Source of the DNA: Patescibacteria group bacterium
GTDB taxonomy: Bacteria > Patescibacteriota > Minisyncoccia > Phycocordibacterales > BOKC01
NCBI GenBank assembly: GCA_038062955.1
Contig: JBBTWE010000001.1
Location: 253,925-317,924 of the forward strand
Direction of reading: 5' to 3'
DNA length: 64,000 bases
Shown here: piece by piece, positions 20,265 through 30,873 of the stretch
Layout of the letters: the number at the start of each line of letters is the position of its first letter
Position numbering within the stretch: the first letter of the stretch is position 1
The notes under the pieces: generated by a model
The model's input: the letters and a program-made list of their open reading frames with translations, nothing else
The model's database searches: none
What the model was told of the DNA's origin: nothing
Made by a program: the position numbers and the translations under genes

Positions 20265-20471
20265 TTACTTTTTGACGTCTATAATTCTGTTTTCAGGAAT
20301 TACAAAAATTGAAATAATGTAAAACAATATCCCTGGCACAACTGCTGTAAAAATCAAAACAAAAAGAAATACGAGGCGTAAAATAACTGGGTCAACATTA
20401 AAATATTCACCCAAGCCTCCCAATACTCCTCCAAAAACTCTGTTTGTTTTGCTTCTATATAGTTTTTTCAT
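20265..20471 (-). CDS. PspC-domain protein
   Basis: RVFGGVLGGLGEYFNVDPVILRLVF is the PspC N-terminal signature. Confidence 0.7.
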   Translation of the reverse strand: MKKLYRSKTNRVFGGVLGGLGEYFNVDPVILRLVFLFVLIFTAVVPGILFYIISIFVIPENRIIDVKK

Positions 20472-20472
20472 A

Positions 20473-20667
20473 TTATTTATTTTTACGAAGTTTTTTCTCG
20501 TCTAGATCGAATACACACCTAAGACAATTTATTTGTCCTGGACGAGTTTTAAGATATTTTCCACCACAAACACAGATCAGAATCTCACATCTGCGGGGTT
20601 TTTCTACCCACTTTCCTCTTTGGGTAAATTTATTTTTATTTTCAATTTTTACTGTTTTATTGTTCAT
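20473..20667 (-). CDS. small zinc-ribbon protein
   Basis: Two pairs of cysteines, CEILICVCGG and CLRCV. Confidence 0.35.
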   Translation of the reverse strand: MNNKTVKIENKNKFTQRGKWVEKPRRCEILICVCGGKYLKTRPGQINCLRCVFDLDEKKLRKNK

Positions 20668-20688
20668 GGTGTAGAAATTACTAAGAAT

Positions 20689-21957
20689 TTAGGATATGAA
20701 AGTCAAAGCTTTGCCATACTTGTTTCCACGGCCTGTTCTTCCAATCCTGTGCACATAATCATCATAAGTTGCTGGAATATCAAAGTTGATCACATGAGAC
20801 ACATCTGGGATATCGAGTCCTCGCGCGGCCACGTCGGTCGCAACAAGCACCTGCACCTTCCCTTCTTTAAAGGCCGTTAGGGCGCGTTTTCTATTACTCT
20901 GGGTTTTATTCCCGTGGATTGATTCAACACGAAATCCTTTTACAGATAACAATTTCGCCAGCTTTTCAGTACCATGTTTTGTGCGAGAAAAGACCAAGAC
21001 TTTGTTAAATTCTTTTTGTTTTAAAAGATCATGCAACACTTCCACCTTATCTTTACCTCGAGGAATTTTAACAACATCTTGCTCAACATTTTTTGCTGTG
21101 TCACCGGTTTTAACTGAAATTTTTATTGGATTTTTCAAGAATTCATTAATCAATTTTTCAATATCTTTCGACATGGTCGCAGAGAAAAACAGGGTATGTC
21201 TGTCTTTTGGCATTCCCGCCATAACTGCTCTCATGTCAGCAATAAATCCCATATCAAGCATTCTATCTGCTTCGTCTAGTACTACTGTCTTAAATTCATT
21301 CAAGCGAATAAATTTTCTTTGAATTAAATCTTTGAGTCGGCCGGGAGTTCCGATTATAAAATTATGCTGTAATCGCAATTGTTTGATTTGATGCGAAATA
21401 CTTAAACCTCCAACACAACAGACAGAGAAAATCCTCATGCCAGGAGTTAGGTGTTTTAATTCTTGATCAATTTGACCAGCCAATTCCCTTGTTGGGACAA
21501 TTACCAAAACTCTCTCACGAGGATTCTTGATTATTTTATCTATTAAAGGAATAAGAAAAGCTCCGGTTTTTCCAGTACCAGTATTGGCAATTCCAACCAC
21601 ATCCTGTCCTTGAAGAATGTAAGGAATACATTTGTCTTGAATTGGGGTTGGTAAAACATATCCCCTTTTTGTAATTGCGCCTTTAAGAGTTTCGCCTATG
21701 AGAAAATCGGTGAATTTATGTTCTGGCTTAAAGACTACTGATTCTTCAATCACTTTTACTTTATTTATAAAACGAGAATAATCAATTCGTTCATCTTTGC
21801 CTCTTTTATTTGAAGTAAAACGTCTACCACCTGAAGGTCTTCCACCTCGAAAACTACCACCGAAAGATTTACGTGGCCCTCCTCCTGCAGAGTGCCTGCT
21901 TGGATGAGAAAATTTTGATCCCGGTCTAGCCGAGGATGTGTGATTTTTTGTGTACAT
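20689..21957 (-). CDS. DEAD-box ATP-dependent RNA helicase with N-terminal RGG-rich tail
   Basis: Q-motif TPIQ, Walker A ANTGTGKT, the DEAD box VLDEADRMLDMGF, SAT, HRIGRTGR. Confidence 0.9.
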   Translation of the reverse strand: MYTKNHTSSARPGSKFSHPSRHSAGGGPRKSFGGSFRGGRPSGGRRFTSNKRGKDERIDYSRFINKVKVIEESVVFKPEHKFTDFLIGETLKGAITKRGYVLPTPIQDKCIPYILQGQDVVGIANTGTGKTGAFLIPLIDKIIKNPRERVLVIVPTRELAGQIDQELKHLTPGMRIFSVCCVGGLSISHQIKQLRLQHNFIIGTPGRLKDLIQRKFIRLNEFKTVVLDEADRMLDMGFIADMRAVMAGMPKDRHTLFFSATMSKDIEKLINEFLKNPIKISVKTGDTAKNVEQDVVKIPRGKDKVEVLHDLLKQKEFNKVLVFSRTKHGTEKLAKLLSVKGFRVESIHGNKTQSNRKRALTAFKEGKVQVLVATDVAARGLDIPDVSHVINFDIPATYDDYVHRIGRTGRGNKYGKALTFIS

Positions 21958-22179
21958 ATATAGTTACGACTCAAATTGCATTTAAGCTAGAGTCTCATAA
22001 CCGCCCAATCTTTATAATAAACAACGTGACTGGCTTATCTCGAGAGTTTAAGCCGTCTAATTAGAGCCTATACCTTCCAAATTTGCTTCAGGAAGGAAAA
22101 CTTAAGAGATATTAGTTATAGGTCTATAGTATATTAAAAACAAATTATTGTCAATGCTTTTAGAAAAAACAAACCCCGA

Positions 22180-22515
22180 TCAGCTTTTCTGAACGGGGTC
22201 ATCAGGTGTTGGCAAAAGCTTGGGTCTCCGTGAGGCAATACCCGTACCAACCATTGGGAGAAACACCGCGAGTGGGGCAATGAATGTGACCCATGATACT
22301 TCGCTAAATATCATGAGAACTACATCGTAAACACAAATACTGACGGCGAGAATAAAAGCTAGTTTGGCTGTCCTCGAGCTTTCCTTGTTTAGTACGAGGC
22401 CTTTTGACGTGAGACACCACAGTCGTCCGCTCAAGGCCCGCATATGAAGCGTCCAGCACAGTAAGAGGTAGACAACGCTCATACAGAGGATGATGATTAG
22501 ATGAATGGACAACAT
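22180..22515 (-). CDS. GC-rich membrane protein, unknown function
   Basis: 111 aa and hydrophobic, with AAGGAG before the ATG and a hairpin terminator at 22164-22200. Confidence 0.45.
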   Translation of the reverse strand: MLSIHLIIILCMSVVYLLLCWTLHMRALSGRLWCLTSKGLVLNKESSRTAKLAFILAVSICVYDVVLMIFSEVSWVTFIAPLAVFLPMVGTGIASRRPKLLPTPDDPVQKS

Positions 22516-22632
22516 ATCTTCTCCTTGGTTTTTGTGATGTGAAAGAACTTCTTAAAATAAGTTACTACAATGAATTGTTCCCGTCAATTCTAATAAAAAA
22601 AGACCCGTGCACTAGGCAACGGGTCTATGGGT

Positions 22633-23328
22633 CTAGTCCGGCAAAATCTTGGAAGCTTCTGCGGGTGCTTCCTGGGGAACAGGCGCAACTTCTGCACCAA
22701 TTCCTGCTTCTGCGGGAGGATCGCGAGAATCATCGGCGAGAAGAGTGTCCTCATCACCATTCGCGATTTGCTCTTTAGCTTTGTCGAAGTAGCTGTCCCA
22801 CTTCTCCTCTGCGAGACCAAAGAGAAGCATCACTTTGTGGGCTTCCTTGAACTCAAGACGAGACTTTTCAGTGAGAGAATCTCCGAGGCCATGCTGGGCT
22901 TCACAGAGAAAATGCGACACAGCAAATGATACCAGAACCCTCTCTGCCATCTTTGAGAGTGCTTCGTCGTTGAGCACTCCAGCACAGCTACTGTACTCTT
23001 TGAGTTTGTAGCAATCCCTCAAGAATCTCCGATCTGCTAGTCGGTGAGTGAATAGGTATGCGTACCCAGAGGAGAGAAAAAACGTACAACCCACACTCGC
23101 TACAAGAAAGAGCAACAGACCAAACGCCGTACTATTTTGACCCCACAGATGCTCGCCACCCAAAATAAGGAGGGTTGTGGTCACAACAAGCAACAAAAAA
23201 CCGTACTCACATTCCCTCCTGCTCTTTACGGCTTCAAAAGGTGATGAGGTGCAACCAACTCTTTCCCACCTATCAACCAGAGTGACTGATGCCACTCTCT
23301 CAAAGAACGCGTCGAGAAGATGTCCCAT
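22633..23328 (-). CDS. GC-rich membrane protein with acidic C-terminal tail, unknown function
   Basis: 231 aa with two TM helices and a GGAG RBS. Terminator GACCCGTgcactaggcaACGGGTC plus T-run at 22594-22627. Confidence 0.45.
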   Translation of the reverse strand: MGHLLDAFFERVASVTLVDRWERVGCTSSPFEAVKSRRECEYGFLLLVVTTTLLILGGEHLWGQNSTAFGLLLFLVASVGCTFFLSSGYAYLFTHRLADRRFLRDCYKLKEYSSCAGVLNDEALSKMAERVLVSFAVSHFLCEAQHGLGDSLTEKSRLEFKEAHKVMLLFGLAEEKWDSYFDKAKEQIANGDEDTLLADDSRDPPAEAGIGAEVAPVPQEAPAEASKILPD

Positions 23329-23501
23329 AACAAACTCCTTTTAACCTGATTTGACTAAAATGGGAGCTTCAGGGCTCCATTCGAAACTGACTTCAGGCCA
23401 GTCTCGAATACTTCATTTTAGAGAAAGCTTCAGGCCAGCTTTTCCGTTTATTATCTAAACATAGTTGATATTTTTTGTCAAAAAAATTTGAGATTTAAGA
23501 T

Positions 23502-24236
23502 TTGAGGTGTAAGATTACAAATATGAACGATAAAGAAGAAAAATTCCCAATGAGGATAAACAAATATTTGGCACTCAAAAAATACACGACTCGTCGTGGT
23601 GCTGATTTAATGATCGAGAAAAAGCAGGTTTTAATAAACGGCAGACTGGCTGTTTTAGGCGACAAGGTAAATGAAGAAGATAAAGTTGAAGTAAAACAAA
23701 AAGCTTTAAATCATCCGCGTGTTTATATTGCATACAACAAACCAAGAGGCGTATTGACTCATAGCGCCAAGGGCGAAGATAAGGAAATTAGAGATGTTAG
23801 CGAATTAAAAGATGTTTTTCCGATTGGGCGACTTGATAAAGACTCGGAAGGTTTAATGATTTTAACCAACGATGGAAGAATTACCGAAAGACTTTTGAGT
23901 CCCCGCTTTAACCACGAAAAAGAATATCTAGTTACAGTTAAAGAAAAACTTCGAGGAAATTTCAAACAGAAAATGGAAGCTGGAGTCCAGATTGAAAAAG
24001 AAACAACAAAACCATGCAAAGTGCATATTTTGAATGAACAAACCTTTAAAGTTGTTTTAACGGAAGGAAAAAAACATCAGATCAGACGTATGTGTGTTGC
24101 CTTGTTTCAGGAAGTTGATAATTTAAAAAGAATTCGAATAATGAATATTCAACTTGGAAGTCTTAAGGGAGGAGAACATCGAAAAATCGAAGGAGATGAG
24201 TTGCATGCATTCTTGCATGAACTTGCATTGGCATAA
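23502..24236 (+). CDS. pseudouridine synthase, RsuA/RluB family
   Basis: S4 domain RINKYLAL...GADLMIEKKQVLING. Catalytic region PIGRLDKDSEGLMILTNDG. Confidence 0.85.
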   Translation: MRCKITNMNDKEEKFPMRINKYLALKKYTTRRGADLMIEKKQVLINGRLAVLGDKVNEEDKVEVKQKALNHPRVYIAYNKPRGVLTHSAKGEDKEIRDVSELKDVFPIGRLDKDSEGLMILTNDGRITERLLSPRFNHEKEYLVTVKEKLRGNFKQKMEAGVQIEKETTKPCKVHILNEQTFKVVLTEGKKHQIRRMCVALFQEVDNLKRIRIMNIQLGSLKGGEHRKIEGDELHAFLHELALA

Positions 24237-24243
24237 CAAGAAA

Positions 24244-24633
24244 TTAACTTTGGAATTCAACTTCAAAAGGGTACATTCCCATACCACAGCTCCCTTGGAG
24301 AGTCGCTAACTGCGGAGTTCCAATATCGATATCTGTCGAACCACTTTGAGGAAGTATTTTACTAATGTTCATACTTGGAATACGCACCGAAGATGAACAA
24401 TCGAAAGTTCCGTTTGTGTCAAAACGAATAATTGTTGGGATGCCAGCCTTTGCAATACTCTTCCTTGGTTGATATCCGCCCTTAGCTTTTATTTCAATGA
24501 TTTGCTTGCCATCCACAATGGAAACATTATTTCCATTCGGAATTTCCCCCGAACTATTTCCATTTTTTGAGAGCGCAAAAGCGCCCCCAATGAGAGCGAC
24601 CGCAACTAAAATTGATATAAGGGTAAATTTCAT
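24244..24633 (-). CDS. small exported protein in the copper operon
   Basis: Start MKFTLISILVAVALIG comes from the leader element. Signal peptide present. Confidence 0.5.
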   Translation of the reverse strand: MKFTLISILVAVALIGGAFALSKNGNSSGEIPNGNNVSIVDGKQIIEIKAKGGYQPRKSIAKAGIPTIIRFDTNGTFDCSSSVRIPSMNISKILPQSGSTDIDIGTPQLATLQGSCGMGMYPFEVEFQS

Positions 24634-24789
24634 CCCGTAGTGAAATTTCAGGTCGTCCCGTAGTAGAAGCGAAGCTTTCACTACGGGACTATCCTGATAT
24701 TTTTTTGAGTATTCTTAATAAGTAAACTTAATTCTTTTATGTGTTCCGTAGTAAGTATTTACAACCTGAAATTCTACTACGGGATTCAT
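24631..24789 (-). promoter_or_regulatory. leader element family A, copy 1 (uORF plus four CCCGTAGT/ACTACGGG segments; supplies the gene's ATG)
   Basis: Aligns with 30463-30621 and 34393-34550. uORF MNPVVEFQVVNTYYGTHKRIKFTY. Hairpin GTCCCGTAGT-loop-ACTACGGGAC. Confidence 0.7.
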
Positions 24790-24792
24790 CCC

Positions 24793-25824
24793 TCAAAAAT
24801 TAAAAATCGGTGGTAGTAGGCCAATTATAACAAAACTATTTATAAGGTTAAAGAGCGCGAACATAATCACTACAAGACCGGCCGACTTGAAGAAAATCCC
24901 CGATTTCGAACTATTCTTAATACTAAACGAACTGAAACTTAAAAGCGCGAGAACCGGGAAAGTGCCGAGTGCAAACGCGAGCATCGTGAGTCCTCCGCCC
25001 ATGAAACTTCCCGTGGTGAGAGTGAAGATTTGCATCGATTGGGTAAAACCGCAAGGCAAAAAGAATGTAGCGATACCAACGAGAAGTGGTGTAAGCGTGT
25101 GATTGAATTTCGATATCCCATGAGCATGTCGCGCAATAAATTTCGGCATCGTGAGCTGAAATTTTTTCGTAAAATGAAATACTTCGAGCAGATTAATTCC
25201 AAGAATGAGCATTACAACACCAATCACTAAATTTAAAATAAATGTCCCGGCAGTGTTAAGAGTAAATGCTGAACCAATTGCGCCTATTACTCCTCCCAAA
25301 ATAAAGAACGCAACTATCCGACCCAAATGAAACAAAATTTGAGGTCTGACTTTGTCCCCTTCTTTTGCAAAAGTTGCAGACATAGAAAGAACGAGTCCAC
25401 CAACTACGGCCATGCACGTGGAAAGCGAAGCGATAATTCCGATCACAAAAGCTGTGCCATAAGTTACATTCCCAGAATTCACCAAGTTTATTATTCCCAT
25501 CTTTTGAAGAATGTAAAAAAGTAGAGCAAAACCGAGCGCGATCGGCACCGCAATTTTAAAATCTCTCCAATTCACTCTACGTTCCTGTTTTTGAATGGAA
25601 ACCGTATAACCCTTTGACGCGAGTGGAACAGTTAATTCTTTTGCAATTTCTTCTTGGGTTTTCCCGCCGAAATCCCCCACAACTTCCACAGAGTGATTTT
25701 GAAGGCTCGATTTAGCACTTTCAATATTTGGTAAGTCCTGAAGTTCGTTTTCGATCATTAAGACACACGCATTACAATGCATGCCGTGCACATGGAATGT
25801 ATATTTTTGTGTTTGATTAGTCAT
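24793..25824 (-). CDS. HMA-domain membrane protein (heavy-metal binding N-terminus plus polytopic permease-like body)
   Basis: YTFHVHGMHCNACVLMIENEL is the HMA MxCxxC motif, followed by at least 6 TM helices. Confidence 0.65.
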   Translation of the reverse strand: MTNQTQKYTFHVHGMHCNACVLMIENELQDLPNIESAKSSLQNHSVEVVGDFGGKTQEEIAKELTVPLASKGYTVSIQKQERRVNWRDFKIAVPIALGFALLFYILQKMGIINLVNSGNVTYGTAFVIGIIASLSTCMAVVGGLVLSMSATFAKEGDKVRPQILFHLGRIVAFFILGGVIGAIGSAFTLNTAGTFILNLVIGVVMLILGINLLEVFHFTKKFQLTMPKFIARHAHGISKFNHTLTPLLVGIATFFLPCGFTQSMQIFTLTTGSFMGGGLTMLAFALGTFPVLALLSFSSFSIKNSSKSGIFFKSAGLVVIMFALFNLINSFVIIGLLPPIFNF

Positions 25825-25962
25825 GGTAATTTTGAATTATAATTTTTTAGCTTTAATTCTAAGTGAATTTCCAACTACAGACACGGAAGACATCGCCACC
25901 CCAGAACGAAAATTTTATATCAAATGCATATAAAATTTCGTACGGGGCGAGAAGTGGTGAAA

Positions 25963-28299
25963 TCATAACTTTTTAATCTTGATTCGGAGCGAGTTTCCGA
26001 CCACAGATACACTGCTAAATGCCATGGCAAATCCGGCGAATACTGGCGAGAGAAGCCAACCGAAAATTGGGTAAAACAATCCGGCGGCAAGCGGAATGCC
26101 AACAATATTATATATGAATGCCCAGAAAAGATTTTGTTTGATCCCCCGCATGGTCATCTTCGAAAGTTTGATTGCCTTTACGATTTTTGAAATATCTCCA
26201 CCCAAAAGTGTGATGCCCGCGGTTTCAATAGCAACATCAGTGCCAGTTCCCATCGCAATACCCACATCAGCCTGCGCGAGAGCCGGCGCATCATTCACCC
26301 CGTCCCCCGCCATAGCAACGATATAACCTTTTGTCTGAAATTCTTTTATTTTATTTAATTTATCGGCAGGCAGAACTTCCGCAACAACTTCGTCAATCCC
26401 AACTTCTTTGGCAATAGCGAGAGCAGTATTTTTATTATCGCCTGTTAGCATTACTGTTTTAATACCAAGTTTGTGAAGATTTTTTACCGCCGCGAGAGCT
26501 TCGGGCTTTATGGCATCAGCAACCATAACAACAGCCAAGACTTCTGTGTGGCTAGCTAAAATAACAGGAGTTTTACCTTGCCGTGTTTCTTCCTCAATGC
26601 TTTGAATATCGAAAGAAATTTTAAGATCAGAAACGAGTTTGGTATTTCCAACATAATATTGTTTCCCATCCACGATACCTCGGAGTCCCTTGCCTTTGAT
26701 GATTTCAAAATCCTGCACATTTCCCAATTTAATATTTTTTCGACTTCGAGCATATTCTACAACTGCATGAGCAATAGGATGCTCTGACTTGCTTTCAAGA
26801 GATGCAAGAATAGAAATAATTTCGTCTTCGCTTTGGACAGAATATTTTTTGATACTAACAAGCTCCGGTTTGCCACGTGTAAGAGTTCCAGTTTTATCCA
26901 CCACCACCATTTTCACTTTATGGAGTTTTTCCAAAGTTGCCGCATCTTTAATAAGTATCCCTTCTCTCGCCCCCTTTCCAACCCCCACAATAATCGCAGT
27001 GGGTGTCGCAAGCCCAAGCGCACAAGGACAAGCGATGACAAGAATTCCCACAAATGATGTTAATCCGTATGAAAGCGCAAGAGAAAACCCGAGAATATTT
27101 GTCCCGATAAGAAGCCATGCACCGAGTGTAATAAATGAAATCACAAGCACGATTGGCACAAAAACGCTTGAAATCTTGTCAGCAAGAGCTTGGATCGGTG
27201 CCTTGCTACCTTGGGCTTCTTCAACCATTTTAATTATGTGAGCAAGCAATGTTTCGGAGCCAACTTTTGTCGCTTTAAATGTAAATGTACTGTTTGTATT
27301 GATTGTTCCAGAAACCACCGCGTCCCCTATTTTCTTTTTTACCGGCATGGGCTCCCCTGTCACCATTGATTCATCAATGAAAGAAGTGCCTTCGGTAATT
27401 TCCCCATCAACCGGAATTTTAGCGCCCGGTTTTACAATCAAAAGATCACCATGCTTCACGTCATTTATAGAAATTTCTTTTTCTACTCCGTTTTGAACAA
27501 TCAAAGCGGTCTTTGCTTGGAGATTTAGAAGTTTTTCGATAGCATCGCCAGTTCGGAGCTTGGAACGAGCTTCCAAATATTTTCCCAAAGCTATAAAAGC
27601 AATAACAATGATGGTAACGTCGTAATAATTTTGATCCACGTTTACAAATTGCCTAAGTGGTTCTTCAAAAGCGGCGATAATAAAACTGTAGATAAAAGCA
27701 ACGGATGTTCCAATGCCAATCAATGTGTCCATATTTGCTTTGCCATATCGAAGAAAGCGGTAGAAACCTAAAAGATAGGGCTTTCCGACAACAAAAAGCA
27801 TGTAGGTCGCGGCAATCGGCAGAAAGTGATGCACAAATTCTTCGGTCACCACATTCATCTCGGAAACAATATTAAAATTTGCAAGAATATCCCAGCCCAT
27901 CACAAAAATACTGAAAATCGCAAGAGGAATCGCCGACAATATTTTGCCTTTCATATCTTTAATTTCCGCCAATTTTTCCGCTTTTGATTGTCCTATCCCC
28001 ATATGAGCGGCATGTTCTTCCGCGCTCATACCCATCTCCTCTGCAGTATTAGAGTGGCCTTTAGGATTGTTATCTTTAAGATCAAGAGAATATCCAAATG
28101 GTTCTATTTTTTCCGAAAGATGTTGGGGAGTTGTTTTGTTTTCATTAAAAGAAACTTTTGCCTTTTCGGTACCATAATTTACTTCGACCGATTCAACACC
28201 ATCAACTTTCTTAAAAGTTTTTTCGATAATCCCTGCACATGAAGCGCAGTGCATACCTTTTACTCTATAAGTTTTAGTAGTAGACATATTTTTTAACAA
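25963..28299 (-). CDS. copA: copper-translocating P-type ATPase
   Basis: HMA motif [12 protein letters not shown] motif [29 protein letters not shown]. Confidence 0.9.
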   Translation of the reverse strand: MLKNMSTTKTYRVKGMHCASCAGIIEKTFKKVDGVESVEVNYGTEKAKVSFNENKTTPQHLSEKIEPFGYSLDLKDNNPKGHSNTAEEMGMSAEEHAAHMGIGQSKAEKLAEIKDMKGKILSAIPLAIFSIFVMGWDILANFNIVSEMNVVTEEFVHHFLPIAATYMLFVVGKPYLLGFYRFLRYGKANMDTLIGIGTSVAFIYSFIIAAFEEPLRQFVNVDQNYYDVTIIVIAFIALGKYLEARSKLRTGDAIEKLLNLQAKTALIVQNGVEKEISINDVKHGDLLIVKPGAKIPVDGEITEGTSFIDESMVTGEPMPVKKKIGDAVVSGTINTNSTFTFKATKVGSETLLAHIIKMVEEAQGSKAPIQALADKISSVFVPIVLVISFITLGAWLLIGTNILGFSLALSYGLTSFVGILVIACPCALGLATPTAIIVGVGKGAREGILIKDAATLEKLHKVKMVVVDKTGTLTRGKPELVSIKKYSVQSEDEIISILASLESKSEHPIAHAVVEYARSRKNIKLGNVQDFEIIKGKGLRGIVDGKQYYVGNTKLVSDLKISFDIQSIEEETRQGKTPVILASHTEVLAVVMVADAIKPEALAAVKNLHKLGIKTVMLTGDNKNTALAIAKEVGIDEVVAEVLPADKLNKIKEFQTKGYIVAMAGDGVNDAPALAQADVGIAMGTGTDVAIETAGITLLGGDISKIVKAIKLSKMTMRGIKQNLFWAFIYNIVGIPLAAGLFYPIFGWLLSPVFAGFAMAFSSVSVVGNSLRIKIKKL

Positions 28300-28310
28300 A
28301 AAATTACAAA

Positions 28311-28577
28311 CTACTTTCTTTTTAATCTATAAACTTTAAGAATTTCTTTTTTTGCTTTATTTTCCTCTCCTTTTTTCACCTGATTGATAGCGCAAGAACC
28401 TAAATGATTTTCCATAAGCACATCTTCCACTCCTGAAAGAGCTTGCTTTACGGCGGATGTTTGAGTAATCACGTCAATGCAATAAGTATCTTTTTCGACC
28501 ATTTCCTGCAAACCCCTTACCTGACCCTCGATGATTTTAAGACGACGCATTAACTTTTGTTTTGATGGGTGTGTCAT
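28311..28577 (-). CDS. csoR: CsoR/RcnR-family metal-sensing repressor
   Basis: 88 aa. [15 protein letters not shown]...CIDVITQ...H...C fits the CsoR DUF156 metal-ligand pattern. Confidence 0.75.
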   Translation of the reverse strand: MTHPSKQKLMRRLKIIEGQVRGLQEMVEKDTYCIDVITQTSAVKQALSGVEDVLMENHLGSCAINQVKKGEENKAKKEILKVYRLKRK

Positions 28578-28588
28578 ATAAATACAGT

Positions 28589-28608
28589 ATATACCCCCCT
28601 AGGGTATA
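28589..28608. promoter_or_regulatory. putative CsoR operator palindrome TATACCC-N6-GGGTATA
   Basis: GC-rich inverted repeat 12 bp upstream of the csoR start. Confidence 0.45.
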
Positions 28609-28647
28609 AAGCAAATGCGAGTGTGGGAATCTCTAAGTTAGGCCAGT

Positions 28648-28676
28648 TTGACAGATATGTAGTAATCTGCTATACT
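28648..28676 (+). promoter_or_regulatory. consensus sigma70 promoter TTGACA-17-TATACT
   Basis: tttgacagatatgtagtaatctgctatactag, followed by AGGAGG 6 nt before the ATG at 28721. Confidence 0.55.
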
Positions 28677-28720
28677 AGATATAGATATATTGTTCTTCCC
28701 AAAACCACAAGGAGGTCGTC

Positions 28721-29092
28721 ATGACCACGCAAGCGATCCGTGACTTTTTCTGGGTTCTGCAGGCTTTTATTCGAGGCAAGGTGTTTCACCAGACAGATTA
28801 CGTGCCTGGACCGAACGCTAAAGCTTTCATAATGAGTTTAGTGAGGCCGAGCTGGAGAATCAGAGGGAGCTTCAGTGTTGGGCGTATTGCAACCCTGATG
28901 AGATGGTGGGGTCCGCAGATGATGACAAAGCGCCAGATACACGACCTGGAAAGTCTGGCGGCTTACGAACACGAAGCGTTCAAAAAAGTTCCGTTTTTGT
29001 TCTGGTATGAAAACGAAACGAGGCTTTTTTGTGGAGTTGCAGATCCAGGCTGGATCGAGCTAAGGGAAATGGAGGTTGAGGCCAATTCTTGA
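28721..29092 (+). CDS. GC-rich hypothetical protein (123 aa), foreign-looking cassette
   Basis: ~50 % GC with strong SD and promoter. Terminator GGGCGACtagaaataGTTGCCC plus T-run at 29120-29150. Confidence 0.5.
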   Translation: MTTQAIRDFFWVLQAFIRGKVFHQTDYVPGPNAKAFIMSLVRPSWRIRGSFSVGRIATLMRWWGPQMMTKRQIHDLESLAAYEHEAFKKVPFLFWYENETRLFCGVADPGWIELREMEVEANS

Positions 29093-29265
29093 TTTGTGCA
29101 GGACGAGTCAAGAACACATGGGCGACTAGAAATAGTTGCCCTTTAATTTTGCCCAAATTTCCATCTATTTTTTACTTTTGAATTTTAATTTTGATTTTTG
29201 CCTTTTGAGATTTGAATTGGGTAAAATAAAAATCTAAATTATCACTGATCACGTAGATATCATTC

Positions 29266-29739
29266 CTAGTAGAAAAGCTCCATGAGTACAATAATCCCCC
29301 ACCAACTGAAGAAAGAAACAGCGGTTGCGATGCCAGCGATTTTTGTAAAACTTTTAACCTTCAGAGTATTTTGTGACCACTCTGGTACTAATTTTTCAAA
29401 TTTTGGAGTAATCCAAACATTTAAAAGTATTCCATTTAAGAAAACTATGAGGACGAGGAACATTTTGAATTGAAAAATGGAACTTCCTGCAATTCCTGGA
29501 TTTGGCAAAAACATAAAAAGCCCCGAAATAGATATAATAATAAGGCCAAGCCATACTTGAAGTGAAAGCATGGGGGTAATTTTAGCAACCAGATTTGCTT
29601 CTTTCGGTTTAAATTTAAGCCAAACTAAAACAAGATCCGCCATAACTACCGAACCAAGAGCAATAATTACTCCAGCAATATGAAAAAATCTCCACAAAGA
29701 ATCGTACTTTATTAAGAATGAGAAAAATCCTGTTTCCAT
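29266..29739 (-). CDS. 4-TM membrane protein, unknown function
   Basis: 157 aa with four hydrophobic helices. Confidence 0.45.
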   Translation of the reverse strand: METGFFSFLIKYDSLWRFFHIAGVIIALGSVVMADLVLVWLKFKPKEANLVAKITPMLSLQVWLGLIIISISGLFMFLPNPGIAGSSIFQFKMFLVLIVFLNGILLNVWITPKFEKLVPEWSQNTLKVKSFTKIAGIATAVSFFSWWGIIVLMELFY

Positions 29740-30048
29740 TTCTACAGTTGTTTAGAATTATTTTTTTCGCTAAATTCTTGCTTTATGGTACGCACGACAA
29801 AAAATAATGAGGTTATAAAAATAAAAATCGCAATAATTATTATAAGCCAGAACATAATTAAAATAAGGTTAAGATTCAAATCACAAGAAGAAAAGTGTGT
29901 ATCAAATTTAGCGAGATTGTCTTTTCTAAAACCTTGCGCAGGTCGACGGATTAGGCGTCGACACCTGTAGACGGACCGACGGGGCGAGCAGAGAAATTTG
30001 TCAGCAGACAAATATTCGTGTTTTAGAAAAGATAATCGAGCGTCTACC

Positions 30049-30465
30049 CTATTCAACGATAAGTTTTCCTACCATCCCCTTAGCTCTATGAGATCCAACT
30101 GAACAATAATATTCAAAAGTTCCTATCTTATCTGCGACAAATTCGATTGTGTCATCTGCGCCTCCTTTGGTAATAATTTTTGTTGCGGCGTTAAATTCAT
30201 CAATTTTAAAATCGTGCGGCATAACATCAGGATTTTTAAGAGTTATTTTTACGGTATCTCCAACATTAACCTTAATTTCGGCGGGCAAGAATTTGAAATC
30301 TGTTCCTACAACTGTGAATTCTCTTATCGTAGACGTTGGCTCTGCAATAATTTTAGTGACATCTTCTTCTGTTGTTACAGGAACAGTGTTGGTATCTTTA
30401 GTTAGAAACCACATCCCGCCCAAAACAATAATTAAGAGAGCAATAATACCTATTAATTTATTCAT
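30049..30465 (-). CDS. type-1 copper cupredoxin (plastocyanin/amicyanin-like), membrane anchored
   Basis: Ligand pattern MPHDF ... YYCSVGSHRAKGM, i.e. His, Cys, His, Met. Confidence 0.75.
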   Translation of the reverse strand: MNKLIGIIALLIIVLGGMWFLTKDTNTVPVTTEEDVTKIIAEPTSTIREFTVVGTDFKFLPAEIKVNVGDTVKITLKNPDVMPHDFKIDEFNAATKIITKGGADDTIEFVADKIGTFEYYCSVGSHRAKGMVGKLIVE

Positions 30466-30621
30466 CCCGTTAGTGAAATTTCAGGTCATCCCGTAGTGAC
30501 AGCTTCGCTTCTACTACAGGACTATCTAGAAAATTCTATTTATTTTTTAATATATTCTATTGGTTAATAATATTCCCATGAGTCAAACAATTGCAACCTG
30601 AAATTCTACTACGGGATTCAT
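30463..30621 (-). promoter_or_regulatory. leader element family A, copy 2
   Basis: uORF MNPVVEFQVAIV. The hairpin loop is inverted relative to copies 1 and 3. The ATG of the cupredoxin gene lies inside the 3' module. Confidence 0.7.
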
Positions 30622-30632
30622 ATTTTTTTATA

Positions 30633-30830
30633 TTATATATTAATAACACTCGTATAAGTATTTAGAAACGATGGTATTGCAAAAACAAGTCCGATTAGCG
30701 GTAAGACAATGGCGAGAACCGTGATCCAAGTTGCAATCAAAAAATACTTTCTCATTTTCTCTACCGATGCATAAATTGCATTGAGTTTGGCATCTTGTTC
30801 CTCAAGTTTTGTCTTAATCTCATTTTCCAT
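30633..30830 (-). CDS. small membrane protein
   Basis: 65 aa with one TM helix. Confidence 0.3.
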   Translation of the reverse strand: MENEIKTKLEEQDAKLNAIYASVEKMRKYFLIATWITVLAIVLPLIGLVFAIPSFLNTYTSVINI

Positions 30831-30873
30831 ATTTTATTTCTACTTACTAATACACTAGTACTAAAATACTATT

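Noticed and set aside
24244-24681. Longer ORF-track versions with extra N-terminal residues (24244-24681, also 34331-34525 and 29742-30056)
   Set aside because: The extra residues are translations of the leader or repeat elements. Starts were moved to the conserved ATG inside the element, or the ORF was discarded.
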